From: Lewinellaceae bacterium
GTDB lineage: Bacteria; Bacteroidota; Bacteroidia; Chitinophagales; Saprospiraceae
Assembly (NCBI GenBank): GCA_020636225.1
Contig: JACJYI010000007.1
Coordinates: 82,352-146,351 of the forward strand
Reading direction: 5' to 3'
DNA: 64,000 bases
The notes under the pieces were generated by a model that worked only from the letters and a program-made list of their open reading frames with translations, did not search any database and was not told the DNA's origin. The position numbers and the translations under genes are program-made. Within the stretch, counting starts at the first letter, position 1. Each line of letters opens with the position of its first letter. Below are positions 1 to 9,610 of this stretch, one piece after another.

Positions 1-274
1 GGCAGAGGGCCAGCAGGATGCCCGTGATCACGGCGCTGCCATCACCCAGGACAGACGCGCCGGGCGCCGGGGGCAGGAAGATGCGTTCGGCCATCCAACA
101 GGCCAGGACGCACACCAGGGTCATCAGCAGGGCGCTGATGCCGAACACCCATGCCGCCATCCCGACCACCGGCACCAGGGTGATCACCACCTCCCACATG
201 ATCCGGGGGGTACTCAGGCCGGAACGAAGAAAGGGTGAACTGGAAATAATGGTCTTCATCATCGACAGGGTCAT
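1..274 (-). CDS. rnfD: Rnf complex subunit D, N-terminal part (gene runs off the left edge)
   Basis: Absent from the ORF track because the window edge truncates it. My own minus-strand translation from the ATG at 274 gives MTLSMMKTIISSSPFLRSGLSTPRIMWEVVITLVPVVGMAAWVFG..., a typical RnfD/NqrB-type N-terminus. There is a 4-nt ATGA overlap with the rnfC stop (271-274). Confidence 0.7.
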   Translation of the reverse strand, partial: MTLSMMKTIISSSPFLRSGLSTPRIMWEVVITLVPVVGMAAWVFGISALLMTLVCVLACWMAERIFLPPAPGASVLGDGSAVITGILLALC

Positions 275-1638
275 TGGTTGGTTTGTTCCCGGATCTTCTT
301 CTCGCGCAACAGCCCCTTGGCGACCCGGAAACTCTGGACCAAAGGAATCGCGGACGGGCAAATGAAGGAACAGGATCCGCATTCAAAGCAATCCATCACA
401 TGCTGCTCCTCCATCTCCAGCCACAAGCCCTTACGGGCCAACAAGCCCAGCCGGGCTGGATTGAGGAATATCGGACAGGCATCCACGCAACGGCCGCAAC
501 GGATGCAGGAATAGGTGACCGGATCCACTACTTCCCGATCGGTGAGGACCAGGATTCCGGAGGTTCCTTTCATGACGGGTACATCCAGGTTCTTCTGGAC
601 CATCCCCATCATCGGTCCGCCCAGGAGGATCCGTGGCTCGGGGTGGGTTATGCCCCCACAGAAGTCGACTACTGCCTGCATGGGCGTACCAATGGGCACC
701 AGCACATTGGTCGGTCGTGCCAGGGCGGTGCCACTAACGGTCACGACCCGTTCCATGAGGGGCTTTCCTGTCCGGAAATATTCTGATATCGCCACAGCCG
801 TGCCCACATTGGACACCATAGCGCCCACATCGATGGGCAGCTTGCCACTGGGGACCTCCTCGCCCAGGATGGCAGAGATCATCATCTTCTCTGCGCCCTG
901 GGGATATTTGACCTCCAGGGGGATCACTTCGACCGGGATCCCCTGGCGAGCCACTTCCTGGCGAAGGACCTTTATGGCATCCGCCTTATTGGCTTCCACC
1001 GCGATGGCAATGCGCTCGGGATGGAGGAATCCCGCCAGGATCATGGTCCCATCCAACAGGGCTTCTGCCTGTTCGAGCATCACCCGATGGTCGCAGGTGA
1101 GAAAGGGCTCACACTCACAGCCATTCAGCATCAGGATCCGGACCGACTGGTCCGGCTTGAGGGAAAACTTCACATGCGCCGGAAAGGCCGCTCCTCCCAT
1201 CCCCACGATGCCCGCCATCTGGATGCCCCGGATCAGCTCGTCCCTGGTCAGGGTAGACGGATTGATCGCCTCCCGTGGTGGGAATACCTGGGGGGAGAAT
1301 CGATCTGTCCGGATCCGGATGCCCTCGACCAGCTGACCATTCTGGTGGTCCACCAGCTCGATGGCGGTAACCGTCCCGTCCACGGGAGAGTGCAGTCCTA
1401 CGGAGACAAATCCAACCGGTTCGGCGATCAATTCACCGCGCCGGACAACCTGGCCAACCCGCACGACCGGCCGGGACGGGGCACCGATATGCTGACCCAG
1501 CGGCAAGGTGTACTCATCGACAAACGGCACACGTTCGATCGGCCGGGTACAGGACAGTTCCTTGTATTCCGGCGGGTGCACGCCGTGCGGGAAGGTCAGC
1601 ACAGACCCGATATCCGTTGTCTGCTGTCCTGCCCTCAT
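271..1638 (-). CDS. rnfC: Rnf complex subunit C (NADH-binding/Fe-S subunit)
   Basis: 455 aa. It has a GGAAFPAHVKF motif and two CxxCxxCxxxCP ferredoxin motifs (CIRCGRCVDACP, CFECGSCSFICP) near the C-terminus, which is the RnfC architecture. ATGA overlaps link it to both neighbours. Confidence 0.85.
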   Translation of the reverse strand: MRAGQQTTDIGSVLTFPHGVHPPEYKELSCTRPIERVPFVDEYTLPLGQHIGAPSRPVVRVGQVVRRGELIAEPVGFVSVGLHSPVDGTVTAIELVDHQNGQLVEGIRIRTDRFSPQVFPPREAINPSTLTRDELIRGIQMAGIVGMGGAAFPAHVKFSLKPDQSVRILMLNGCECEPFLTCDHRVMLEQAEALLDGTMILAGFLHPERIAIAVEANKADAIKVLRQEVARQGIPVEVIPLEVKYPQGAEKMMISAILGEEVPSGKLPIDVGAMVSNVGTAVAISEYFRTGKPLMERVVTVSGTALARPTNVLVPIGTPMQAVVDFCGGITHPEPRILLGGPMMGMVQKNLDVPVMKGTSGILVLTDREVVDPVTYSCIRCGRCVDACPIFLNPARLGLLARKGLWLEMEEQHVMDCFECGSCSFICPSAIPLVQSFRVAKGLLREKKIREQTNQ

Positions 1639-4600
1639 GATGTCATCTCGTTTTTCTCTGCCGATGTGAAGGCGTCGGGCCGCTCCTGGCGGCTGCGCGA
1701 CAGGTGGTAGAGGCGGTCTGCCAGCTGGACCCTGACCTCTTCGCGGAAGGTGGCCTTCAGGTCGGCCAGTTGACGTTGATAGTCGGCTTCCAGGGATTGC
1801 TGTCGTTCCGTGAATGCCGCGGTCAGCTCCTGCCGGATCTGCCGGGTCTCATCGGTCTGGCCGGATCTGATCCTGCCGGCCAGTTCCAGCCAGGTGGTCC
1901 ATTCCCGGTTCAGGACAGCGGACCAGTCGGCAGTCGTGGATGTCCCCCGGCTCCAGACGGACCGGACATGGTCGGACAGCAGGCTATCCACGGGAATGCC
2001 CGGTTCAGGTACTGCCTCCAGGTGAAGATGATCGGCCAACAGGGCATGATCCCCCTGAGGAACGGCCATGATCAGGGGAAACAGGCCGGCCACCAGCAGC
2101 TCTTCAGCATGTTGCAGCCAGTGGGTATCCTGGCCACTGTATCCCAGTACGCTCACCAGGGCCGGGCCGGAAGAGGCCAGGCAGCTCTGCAGTGCCGTAG
2201 CAAAATGAGCCATTCGGCAGGGACTGGTCTGGACGACGGGCAGTTGCCCGGCCGTCAGCCAGGGCAACAACCATCCCTGGCGGGCATAGGTATCCTCCGG
2301 AGCAGGCAATTGGTCCTGGATCACCACGACCTTGACCGGCATGTCCCCGGAGAGGAGTCGGGAGGCTTTGTGCAATGGCAGGTCGGCCCATTCCCGGGCC
2401 GTGGTCACCACCACGAGCGGTGGCAACAATCGCTTCTCTTCCCGGGTCAGGTCTGCCCAGGTGATCGCCTGCAGGGCCGTGTCATGGATCTCCGGTCGAT
2501 AGTTCTGCTTGATCTGGAGATCAGCCAGTCGCAATAGCCGGACCTGGCCCAGGACCCATTGTTGCTGGGCCAGCAGGACCCCCTGGACACGATCCAGGTC
2601 CAGGCTGGATTCCACCCACACGGGCACCTGGAAGGGCTGATAGGGGAATTGGACCAACCGGTCACCCCATTCGCCGGACAGCATGATTCCATACCGACTG
2701 CGACCACCACCGGTGGTTCCTTTCTTCAGGGCCTCCTCCAACATGGCCAGTTCCCGGCTGGTATGGATCCACTGGCTGAGCTGGGCGGTATCCACCCGTT
2801 TGCCGGGGCCTTCGGAGGGTAGCCTGGCCAGGAGGTCATCCAGGGCCAGCTTTCGGTCCCCGGCTTCATCGATCACCCGCTCGAGATCCGGGCTCAACCT
2901 GTCGGGAAGAGCCTGCTGGAAGTGGTCTTTTGCTAGTTCATCCAGACCTTGCCGAAGTTGGGCCAGATCAGATAAAATGGCTTGCCACACCGGTTGCCCC
3001 TGGGCTTCCAGGAGGGCCGTCAGGCTGTGCAGGATCATCCGGGCGGGGGCCACCTCGGGATCTTCCGGTCCGCCGACCATGGATTGATAGTGATGCCGAC
3101 TGAGCATCAGGGCGCTCAATGGGATCACCTCCGGATGGAGGTGCATGGCGTGGATGGTCTCTCCAGGTGTATCCGGGAGGGCCTCCCACAAGGCATAGGC
3201 TTGCGTACTTCGGGCCAGTGCCGGTTCATCGGCTGACAGGGTGAGGGCATCTACCGGGCAAACGTCCACACACCGCCCGCAACTGGTACAGGCATGCGGA
3301 TCAATGGCTATGGTGAACAGTTCGCCCGAGCTGGAACGCTGCTGTTCGCGGGAGGCATAGTAGAGATCCGTGACCGCCCAGGGAAGCTCCTGGAGCATCT
3401 CGCGGAGAGCGGACCAATCCTGGAGCGTGGCTGCTCGCTTTTGCGCGTCCATCCCCATCTGGTCCATCAGTTCGGTCAGTGCTTCCTCCCCCTTGCCTAA
3501 CGGATCGACCTCCCCTGTGGCGAGCTTGGCCGACCAGAAGGTGACCAGATTCTTGATCAATGGCGTCAGGCTGCTGGTCGACCCACCACGCCGGGTCCAT
3601 TCCGTCATGCCCGAGCGAATGAGGCTTTCCAGCCCGATAGCCAATGAGGGCATGGCCCCATAGGGGCATTGCACCATACAGGATCCACATCCGGTACAGA
3701 GACCGGGATCCATGACCGCGATCCCCTTCCAGGATTCTTCCTGCGGCCGAAGCAATTCGCTCAACGGCGGGATCACCCCCTGCATGTAGAACGGATCGGT
3801 ATCGATCATACCGGCATCCTCCTTGAGGATCACCTCATGATAGAACCGGGCCAGTCGGCTGAAGGGAGGCCCCTGGTCGGCCTGCTCGCGCACCAGTGCC
3901 GAGAGGGATAATGGTGTTCGACCAGATGCCGGGGAGACGGGATGTGCCTCCGTTCGGGTGGACAGCAACCCGTCATTCAATCCCGGGAAATAGCGGGTGA
4001 GGGTATCGCGCAACACCTCTTTCTGACCGGAACCCGAGGCGATGGGCAACAGGGACAGGTCGAGATAGACTGTAGATGGCCCCTGCTGCCGGGACCGCAT
4101 ATGCTCCTGCAGCGCATCCAGTGCGGCCGGGGCCAAGGGTGACGCATAGACTGCTTGGATCCATCGCACGCCTGGCCGATCCGGCAGGGCCTTTCCGGAC
4201 AACAAATCGTGAAGGGGTGCCATCCAACCGGCGGCCACCTGGTCGATCGGAAGAAGTGAGCCGATCACGGATGCCTTTCGGGTCGCTTCCTCCCATTCCT
4301 GTTGTGGAAAGGGTTGCAGGTGCCGGAGACTGATGCAGGCCGTCTGCTTGCCGGAATGGGAGGAGGCATAGGCCTGGCGGGCGTCATATGCCTGGGCAAG
4401 CAGGAGTTCAGATGCCTGCTCCCTGCCCAGGATGTGCACCCCCCCGGAATGTCCTGGCAGGATCAGGTTCAGGGCTGATTCCGCCTCGGCGATCTGTCGG
4501 CCAAGATCGCGATGCCGGAAGACACTTCGGGCCAGGGACGACCGCACCCCATCGCGCCAGGATGCCGAGGCATACCGGGTGACGGGCTGGTCAAAGGAAA

Positions 4601-5180
4601 ACTGATTGGGGATCCGCCGGCGGCGAGGTCCATATACGATCTCCTGGGCGGGGTCCGGGGAAGGGATGATCTCATCCGGCATGCCGAGCCAGGCACACAA
4701 TTCATTCATGTTGACCCGGGCCTCTTCCCGATGAACATTCGGGTCGGCGATCACCAGGACCGGGGTCAGGGTTTGTTCGGCAATGGCATGGGCCAGGAAG
4801 GTCAGCCGTCGGGCATCCAGGTCATCCATGGCCTGAAAGACGATCCAATCCTCCATGCCGGGCAGCATGGCGGGGGCATGCACGACCAGGGGCAATTGAC
4901 GATCGGCGATCAGCCGCCGATCCGGTTCGGGGAGATCCCCGGGTTGGCGCAGGAAGATGGCGACCCGCTGGCCTGCGGCGGCCATGCCCAGGCACTGGCC
5001 GATCCCCCTGGAGCTGATCAGCTCGACGGGGCGTCCAAACGCATTCCGGTCTGCCTTAGGGGCGACAAACCCATCGGGAAGCAACAAGCCGTTGCATACC
5101 GACATTTCCAGGGCCACCAGGTCATTCAGGCCATCCTGTGGACTGTTTCCAGCGGATTGATATGGGGCAGACACCTTCAT
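1635..5180 (-). CDS. Large PFOR-like Fe-S protein (about 1181 aa) embedded between rnfB and rnfC
   Basis: The N-terminus resembles PFOR domain I by eye. The centre has two 4Fe-4S motifs (CTGCGSCMVQCP, CTSCGRCVDVCP), as in PFOR domain V. I could not find a GDG...NN thiamine-PP motif. The ATG at 5180 gives an ATGA overlap with the rnfB stop (the TTG at 5186 in the track is less likely), and the stop overlaps the rnfC ATG. Confidence 0.6.
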   Translation of the reverse strand: MKVSAPYQSAGNSPQDGLNDLVALEMSVCNGLLLPDGFVAPKADRNAFGRPVELISSRGIGQCLGMAAAGQRVAIFLRQPGDLPEPDRRLIADRQLPLVVHAPAMLPGMEDWIVFQAMDDLDARRLTFLAHAIAEQTLTPVLVIADPNVHREEARVNMNELCAWLGMPDEIIPSPDPAQEIVYGPRRRRIPNQFSFDQPVTRYASASWRDGVRSSLARSVFRHRDLGRQIAEAESALNLILPGHSGGVHILGREQASELLLAQAYDARQAYASSHSGKQTACISLRHLQPFPQQEWEEATRKASVIGSLLPIDQVAAGWMAPLHDLLSGKALPDRPGVRWIQAVYASPLAPAALDALQEHMRSRQQGPSTVYLDLSLLPIASGSGQKEVLRDTLTRYFPGLNDGLLSTRTEAHPVSPASGRTPLSLSALVREQADQGPPFSRLARFYHEVILKEDAGMIDTDPFYMQGVIPPLSELLRPQEESWKGIAVMDPGLCTGCGSCMVQCPYGAMPSLAIGLESLIRSGMTEWTRRGGSTSSLTPLIKNLVTFWSAKLATGEVDPLGKGEEALTELMDQMGMDAQKRAATLQDWSALREMLQELPWAVTDLYYASREQQRSSSGELFTIAIDPHACTSCGRCVDVCPVDALTLSADEPALARSTQAYALWEALPDTPGETIHAMHLHPEVIPLSALMLSRHHYQSMVGGPEDPEVAPARMILHSLTALLEAQGQPVWQAILSDLAQLRQGLDELAKDHFQQALPDRLSPDLERVIDEAGDRKLALDDLLARLPSEGPGKRVDTAQLSQWIHTSRELAMLEEALKKGTTGGGRSRYGIMLSGEWGDRLVQFPYQPFQVPVWVESSLDLDRVQGVLLAQQQWVLGQVRLLRLADLQIKQNYRPEIHDTALQAITWADLTREEKRLLPPLVVVTTAREWADLPLHKASRLLSGDMPVKVVVIQDQLPAPEDTYARQGWLLPWLTAGQLPVVQTSPCRMAHFATALQSCLASSGPALVSVLGYSGQDTHWLQHAEELLVAGLFPLIMAVPQGDHALLADHLHLEAVPEPGIPVDSLLSDHVRSVWSRGTSTTADWSAVLNREWTTWLELAGRIRSGQTDETRQIRQELTAAFTERQQSLEADYQRQLADLKATFREEVRVQLADRLYHLSRSRQERPDAFTSAEKNEMTS

Positions 5181-6076
5181 TGCCAATAATGATTTTCAAG
5201 GTCCTCTTCCATACGGATCGGTTCGATCTGACCGAAGGCCGGGCGGTTCCTGGAGGGTGAGGCAAACTGAGGCCCTTCCAGCCAGACAATGGCATTGGTA
5301 GGGCATCGGCGAATGGCCTCCCTCGCTTCCAGGTGCCGCAAGTCGGTCTTCACCCGGGCCACGTGATGATCGATCTCCACCAGCCCGGGAGACGCATCAG
5401 CGACGCACTTGCCACAGGCTGTGCAGGCGACACTGCATCGGTTCAGGGCCAGGTCGCCTTCCAGTTCAGACTTGCATTGCACGTACAGATGCTGGCTTTC
5501 GGGAATGAGCTCGAACAAGCCCTTGGGACAGATCTCCACGCAATCGCCACAGGCGACACAGCGATCCGGTGTCACCACCGGCAGGCCATCCTCGTTCATG
5601 TGGATGGCGTCGAATTCGCAGACATCCATGCAATCACCCAATCCCAGGCAGCCCCAGGAGCAGGCCTTAGGCCCGCCATTGACGACGGCCTCCCCCCGAC
5701 AGGTGGAGAGGGTGCCGTGATACTCCGCCAGATGGTGGGCTTCTGCCTTGCCTCCGGCACAGCGCAATCGGGCAATGATGCGTTCTTCTGCCCCGGCATC
5801 GATCCCCAGGAAGCCGGCGATCTGCTCGATCGCTTCCGGAGAGGACACCGTGCATTTTCCCGGCTTGACCTCTCCCTTGATGACCAGTTCGGCGAACGCC
5901 CGGCAGCCCGGCTGTCCGCAGGCGCCGCAGTTGGCATGGGGCAGCATGTCTTCGACGGCATCGATCCGGGGGTCTTCAAACACCTTCAGCTTGACCGAGG
6001 CGACTGCCAGGATCACGGCAAAGAACAGGCCCAGTCCCACCAGAATGCTCAGGCCGATGATGTATTCCTGCATCAT
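5177..6076 (-). CDS. rnfB: Rnf complex subunit B (polyferredoxin)
   Basis: It has an N-terminal TM helix (IIGLSILVGLGLFFAVILAV), then the RnfB-type CGACGQPGCRAF motif and several 4Fe-4S motifs (e.g. CVACGDCVEICP). Start chosen at MMQEY (6076). Confidence 0.8.
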   Translation of the reverse strand: MMQEYIIGLSILVGLGLFFAVILAVASVKLKVFEDPRIDAVEDMLPHANCGACGQPGCRAFAELVIKGEVKPGKCTVSSPEAIEQIAGFLGIDAGAEERIIARLRCAGGKAEAHHLAEYHGTLSTCRGEAVVNGGPKACSWGCLGLGDCMDVCEFDAIHMNEDGLPVVTPDRCVACGDCVEICPKGLFELIPESQHLYVQCKSELEGDLALNRCSVACTACGKCVADASPGLVEIDHHVARVKTDLRHLEAREAIRRCPTNAIVWLEGPQFASPSRNRPAFGQIEPIRMEEDLENHYWQ

Positions 6077-6125
6077 GGCGTTGTAGGGTTTCGGTGGTGG
6101 AATCCGATCATGGTCGTGGCAGTTG

Positions 6126-8639
6126 TCAATTCCAGGCACTGGCCTTTTCGATCAGGGCTTCCAGACCCGGCTCATTCGGGTTGACCGGTGCCCCGGGATG
6201 GATGATGCTCACCGGGCAGGCTTCAGCGGCCTTGACCAACTCCGCGAACGTTCCGGCCTGGATATCCGCTATGAACGCCTGCTTCTGGTCATTGTACTGA
6301 AACATGCGCTTGTTGAGATTGATGCACTCGTTGCATGAGGTGCATAGCGCCGAATCGATCCAGGCTTCCTGGACCAGGGTTGGCTTGGGCGCAGCCTTGG
6401 GCGGCTCGGGTGAAGGCTCCGGACTGGCCTCCGGCGCGGGAGGCTCCAACGGGGCTTCCTCGATCGGCGCTGCCGGACGAGTGGCCACCCCGCTCACCTG
6501 GACTGGGTCCATCTCCAGGAGCACACGGGCAAGGTCATCCATGGCGGCCCTACCCGCCTCCTCCACGGCTGTTGCCATAGCCCGGGCGTGAGCCGCTTCG
6601 AGGTCCATCGTGGTCTGCTTGAGCTGTTGTTCAAATTCGTGGGTCAACTGTTCCCTGGCCTGGTCCGCATGGAAATTGTGGATCCCGGAATGCTCCTGAA
6701 TGACATGCCAGAACCCAAGTCGCTCCTCGCACGCCCTGGCCAGCGTCATCGTGACAGCCGCCCGGACCATCCGTCGATCCGGCAGGACCATCCAGATGAA
6801 GGGGACCTTGCCGATGCGTTCGCTCGCCCCGAGGACCAGGTAATCGGTGACGGACAGCAGGTCTTCAGTCACATAGGACTCGGGGACCACCTGAAAATGC
6901 CGGAGCAACTGTGGAAACAAGGCCGCATAGTCGACCGGTGTCACCCCGGCGGTCAGTTGGACCTCTTCGATGCCCTGTCGGCAGGTGATCGTCTGGGTGA
7001 CCCAATCCGCTTCGGGCTCCGGATTGTCCGCAACGGTAAAGCGGCTGCCCCAACTGGCGGTGGGATCGCCATTCATCAGAAAGGAGGGCGACTCCCTGGA
7101 CACGAGAGCGGCATGATGACCAAGCAGGTCGGCCGGATCGCCCGGATCCAGGATATGGAAGAGTGCCGTATGCTCGGCTCTCAATCCCATGCTGATGCTA
7201 TGATAGAGGTGAGCGGGATCAACGGCGGAGGTCTGCAGCACGAATGCGTCCCGATAGGCCAGGGCTAGCATGCCGGGTTCAGCCCGATAGGCCCATTCCT
7301 CCGCGGCCTCCGGATACGGGCTGGACAAACAGACCGTGCGGATCGGCCACCCCATGGTCAGCACCTTGCCAAAGGCCAGGGCCTCATGGGTGAGCAGGGC
7401 CTTCCGGTCGGTCAGGGCCACGATGGGCGGACAAGCCAGTTGCTCCTCCGGCGTGAAAGAGGCCCAGTTGAAATGCACGAAGTAATGGTCGTGCACGGAG
7501 GGATCGTATTGGCCGGCCAGCTCAAGGTGAGCGATCCGGACGGCAGAAAAGAACCTTGCCGCGAGGGCAGACAATTCCTGGAATGCATGGACGGCATCCT
7601 GCAGGATATGGCCGCGTTCGGAAAGGAACCATCGGGCGTCCTGCAGCAGCGGATCCATCATGTCCTCGACACTGGCGCCCTGTTCGCGTTGCACGACCAT
7701 CCAGGCCGGATGGGCGAAGAGGCGATCGGGACCTTCATCCAGCCAGAAACGCACCTCCTCCAGTCGGTGAAGGCGTTCCTGGGGGATCTGATTGGACGAT
7801 TGATCCGGCAACAGGTCCGACAGCTCATTAAAGTTGAGAAACGCGTCTGCAAAGTCAAGCTTGGAACGGAGGTGCTCCGGCGTCCGGGCATCGATCCCCT
7901 TCTCCTTTTCGACCGCCAGCAGATCCGAGATCCGGTCCTTGAGCGGACCGACCTCCTCTATCCACATGCGACGGGTGAGCTCATGGCGATCATTGAGCAG
8001 GATGGCCAGGATCTGCAAGATGCCGGTGTGGGAGAAATCGATGATGTAACCGGATTTGGGCAAATGCTTCCCCAATTCGCCCAGCACAGCCTGGTCGGGT
8101 TCCCGGATGGACAGATCCCGGATCAACTGATCGCTGACAATGGGCCAGCCTTCGGCCAGGGAAGTCACTCCCTTCTGGCCGATCACACGACGAAAGCCAA
8201 GGAGCAACCTGGGCATCTGGTCCTTGATCAGGCGCCCCTGATGGTCTTCCGGGGCAAATTGATTGACCGATTGCCGGATCAGCTCTTCCAGGGGCAGGCA
8301 GGTCGCCTCCAGCCCGGTGCCGACCCAGCAGGGATAGAATCCCGAATACGCACCTGCCTGGAGAAAGGGCTCGAATACTGCCGGGATAGGTCGCTGGTCA
8401 TCACTTCCCACACCACCACCTTTTCCACTATGGTGAAACAGGCGCAGGATGCGCCAGTAGGCCTGCAGGTCCGCCGGCGCAGCCGGTTCGGATGGCTCCA
8501 GTATCGGCAGTTCGGCACGTTCGTTCGACGGCTCGGCGGCAGTCATTTCCTGATTCGGCGGGGTGGACAGATAGGTCCTTGCCCCTTCGGTGAAGAACTG
8601 GTCGAGGAGATCGTTGGATGGAGAATGCTCATTCATCAT
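6126..8639 (-). CDS. Large uncharacterised protein (837 aa) with a C-terminal tethered ferredoxin domain
   Basis: Long unambiguous ORF. A Pro/Ala/Glu-rich linker (PAAPIEEAPLEPPAPEASPEPSPEPPKAAPKP) is followed by CTSCNECINL...AEACPVSIIHPG, a single-cluster CxxCxxC...CP ferredoxin. It starts 12 nt after the korB stop. Confidence 0.6.
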   Translation of the reverse strand: MMNEHSPSNDLLDQFFTEGARTYLSTPPNQEMTAAEPSNERAELPILEPSEPAAPADLQAYWRILRLFHHSGKGGGVGSDDQRPIPAVFEPFLQAGAYSGFYPCWVGTGLEATCLPLEELIRQSVNQFAPEDHQGRLIKDQMPRLLLGFRRVIGQKGVTSLAEGWPIVSDQLIRDLSIREPDQAVLGELGKHLPKSGYIIDFSHTGILQILAILLNDRHELTRRMWIEEVGPLKDRISDLLAVEKEKGIDARTPEHLRSKLDFADAFLNFNELSDLLPDQSSNQIPQERLHRLEEVRFWLDEGPDRLFAHPAWMVVQREQGASVEDMMDPLLQDARWFLSERGHILQDAVHAFQELSALAARFFSAVRIAHLELAGQYDPSVHDHYFVHFNWASFTPEEQLACPPIVALTDRKALLTHEALAFGKVLTMGWPIRTVCLSSPYPEAAEEWAYRAEPGMLALAYRDAFVLQTSAVDPAHLYHSISMGLRAEHTALFHILDPGDPADLLGHHAALVSRESPSFLMNGDPTASWGSRFTVADNPEPEADWVTQTITCRQGIEEVQLTAGVTPVDYAALFPQLLRHFQVVPESYVTEDLLSVTDYLVLGASERIGKVPFIWMVLPDRRMVRAAVTMTLARACEERLGFWHVIQEHSGIHNFHADQAREQLTHEFEQQLKQTTMDLEAAHARAMATAVEEAGRAAMDDLARVLLEMDPVQVSGVATRPAAPIEEAPLEPPAPEASPEPSPEPPKAAPKPTLVQEAWIDSALCTSCNECINLNKRMFQYNDQKQAFIADIQAGTFAELVKAAEACPVSIIHPGAPVNPNEPGLEALIEKASAWN

Positions 8640-8651
8640 TCCGGGTGTTGG

Positions 8652-9608
8652 TCAGACGGCAAATTTGTCAAACTCCTCTTCGAGGACCTGCAGCTTCTGC
8701 TCGGGCGTCGCTCCCAGGTTGTGAGCACCATACAGGTCATAGCGGGGAGCGGTCTTGTCCTGGTAATACAAGCCCAGGTAGAACATGTCCGGATCCTCGC
8801 TGTACTCCCGGGCCTTGTTGATATCCTTCGGATCGTGCTGGACGGTATGCTTGAACAGATTGGCCGTAGCCATATCCACCTCGATGCCATCCGGGTGCTG
8901 CAACAGGGTCATGTGTTCCTTGTCGCCGACCATCTGTTTGGCCTGTTCAGGCAGGAACTTGGTGCAGCGCATCATGATCTTTACGAAGGAGAAACCCTGA
9001 TGCTCGTGGGCCGCTTTAATGGTGGCATACAGGTGACCGGGGATCCAGTCGGCCGTTTGGGCTACGAAGGAGACGTTGGCCACACCCAGGGTCGATTGGA
9101 CCGGATTGATGGGTGGCAATACCGAGCCATGCGGGTGGGTATTGGAAATGGTCCCCATCGGTGAGGTTGGCGACGTCTGCTTCTTGGTCATCCCGTAGAT
9201 CTGGTTGTCGAACAGGAGGACGGTCAGGTTCATGTTGTAGCGAATGCTGTGGATCCAGTGGCCAGCACCGATGGACAGGCAGTCACCGTCACCGGTCACC
9301 ACAAAGACATTGAGATCGGGTCGGCGAAACTTGACGCCTTCCGCAACCGGGAACGCCCGGCCATGGAGGCCATGGAACCCGTAGGTCTTCATGTAGTGAG
9401 GAAAGCGGCTGGAGCATCCGATACCCGAGACGAACACCGTCTTCTCCGGAGGCAGTTGCTTCTCCTGGCAGAGGCGCTGGACAGCTGACAATACCGAGTG
9501 GTCGCCGCATCCCGGGCACCATCGGGCCACACCTTTTTCATAATCCCCGGTGGAGTAATACTTGTCGGGAACTTCCAGTACACAGGGGTCAGGTTTCAAT
9601 CCGTACAT
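8652..9608 (-). CDS. korB: 2-oxoacid:ferredoxin oxidoreductase beta (TPP-binding) subunit
   Basis: It has the WCPGCGDHSVL and GIGCSSRFP motifs and a GDGD TPP region. Start set at MYGLK (9608), 2 nt after the korA stop. The longer track ORF (to 9698) would overlap korA by about 90 nt. Confidence 0.85.
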   Translation of the reverse strand: MYGLKPDPCVLEVPDKYYSTGDYEKGVARWCPGCGDHSVLSAVQRLCQEKQLPPEKTVFVSGIGCSSRFPHYMKTYGFHGLHGRAFPVAEGVKFRRPDLNVFVVTGDGDCLSIGAGHWIHSIRYNMNLTVLLFDNQIYGMTKKQTSPTSPMGTISNTHPHGSVLPPINPVQSTLGVANVSFVAQTADWIPGHLYATIKAAHEHQGFSFVKIMMRCTKFLPEQAKQMVGDKEHMTLLQHPDGIEVDMATANLFKHTVQHDPKDINKAREYSEDPDMFYLGLYYQDKTAPRYDLYGAHNLGATPEQKLQVLEEEFDKFAV

Positions 9609-9610
9609 GA

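Noticed and set aside
7386-9164. 592-aa plus-strand ORF, plus similar ones at 274-786, 515-1336, 1021-1710, 1704-2537, 4512-5189, 5333-6184, 6588-7268, 9626-10699 and 10838-11260
   Set aside because: All lie antisense to, or out of frame within, strongly supported kor/rnf genes. Their composition (Gly/Arg/Pro/His/Gln/Asp-rich, low complexity) is typical of frame shadows in high-GC DNA. I see no motifs in them.
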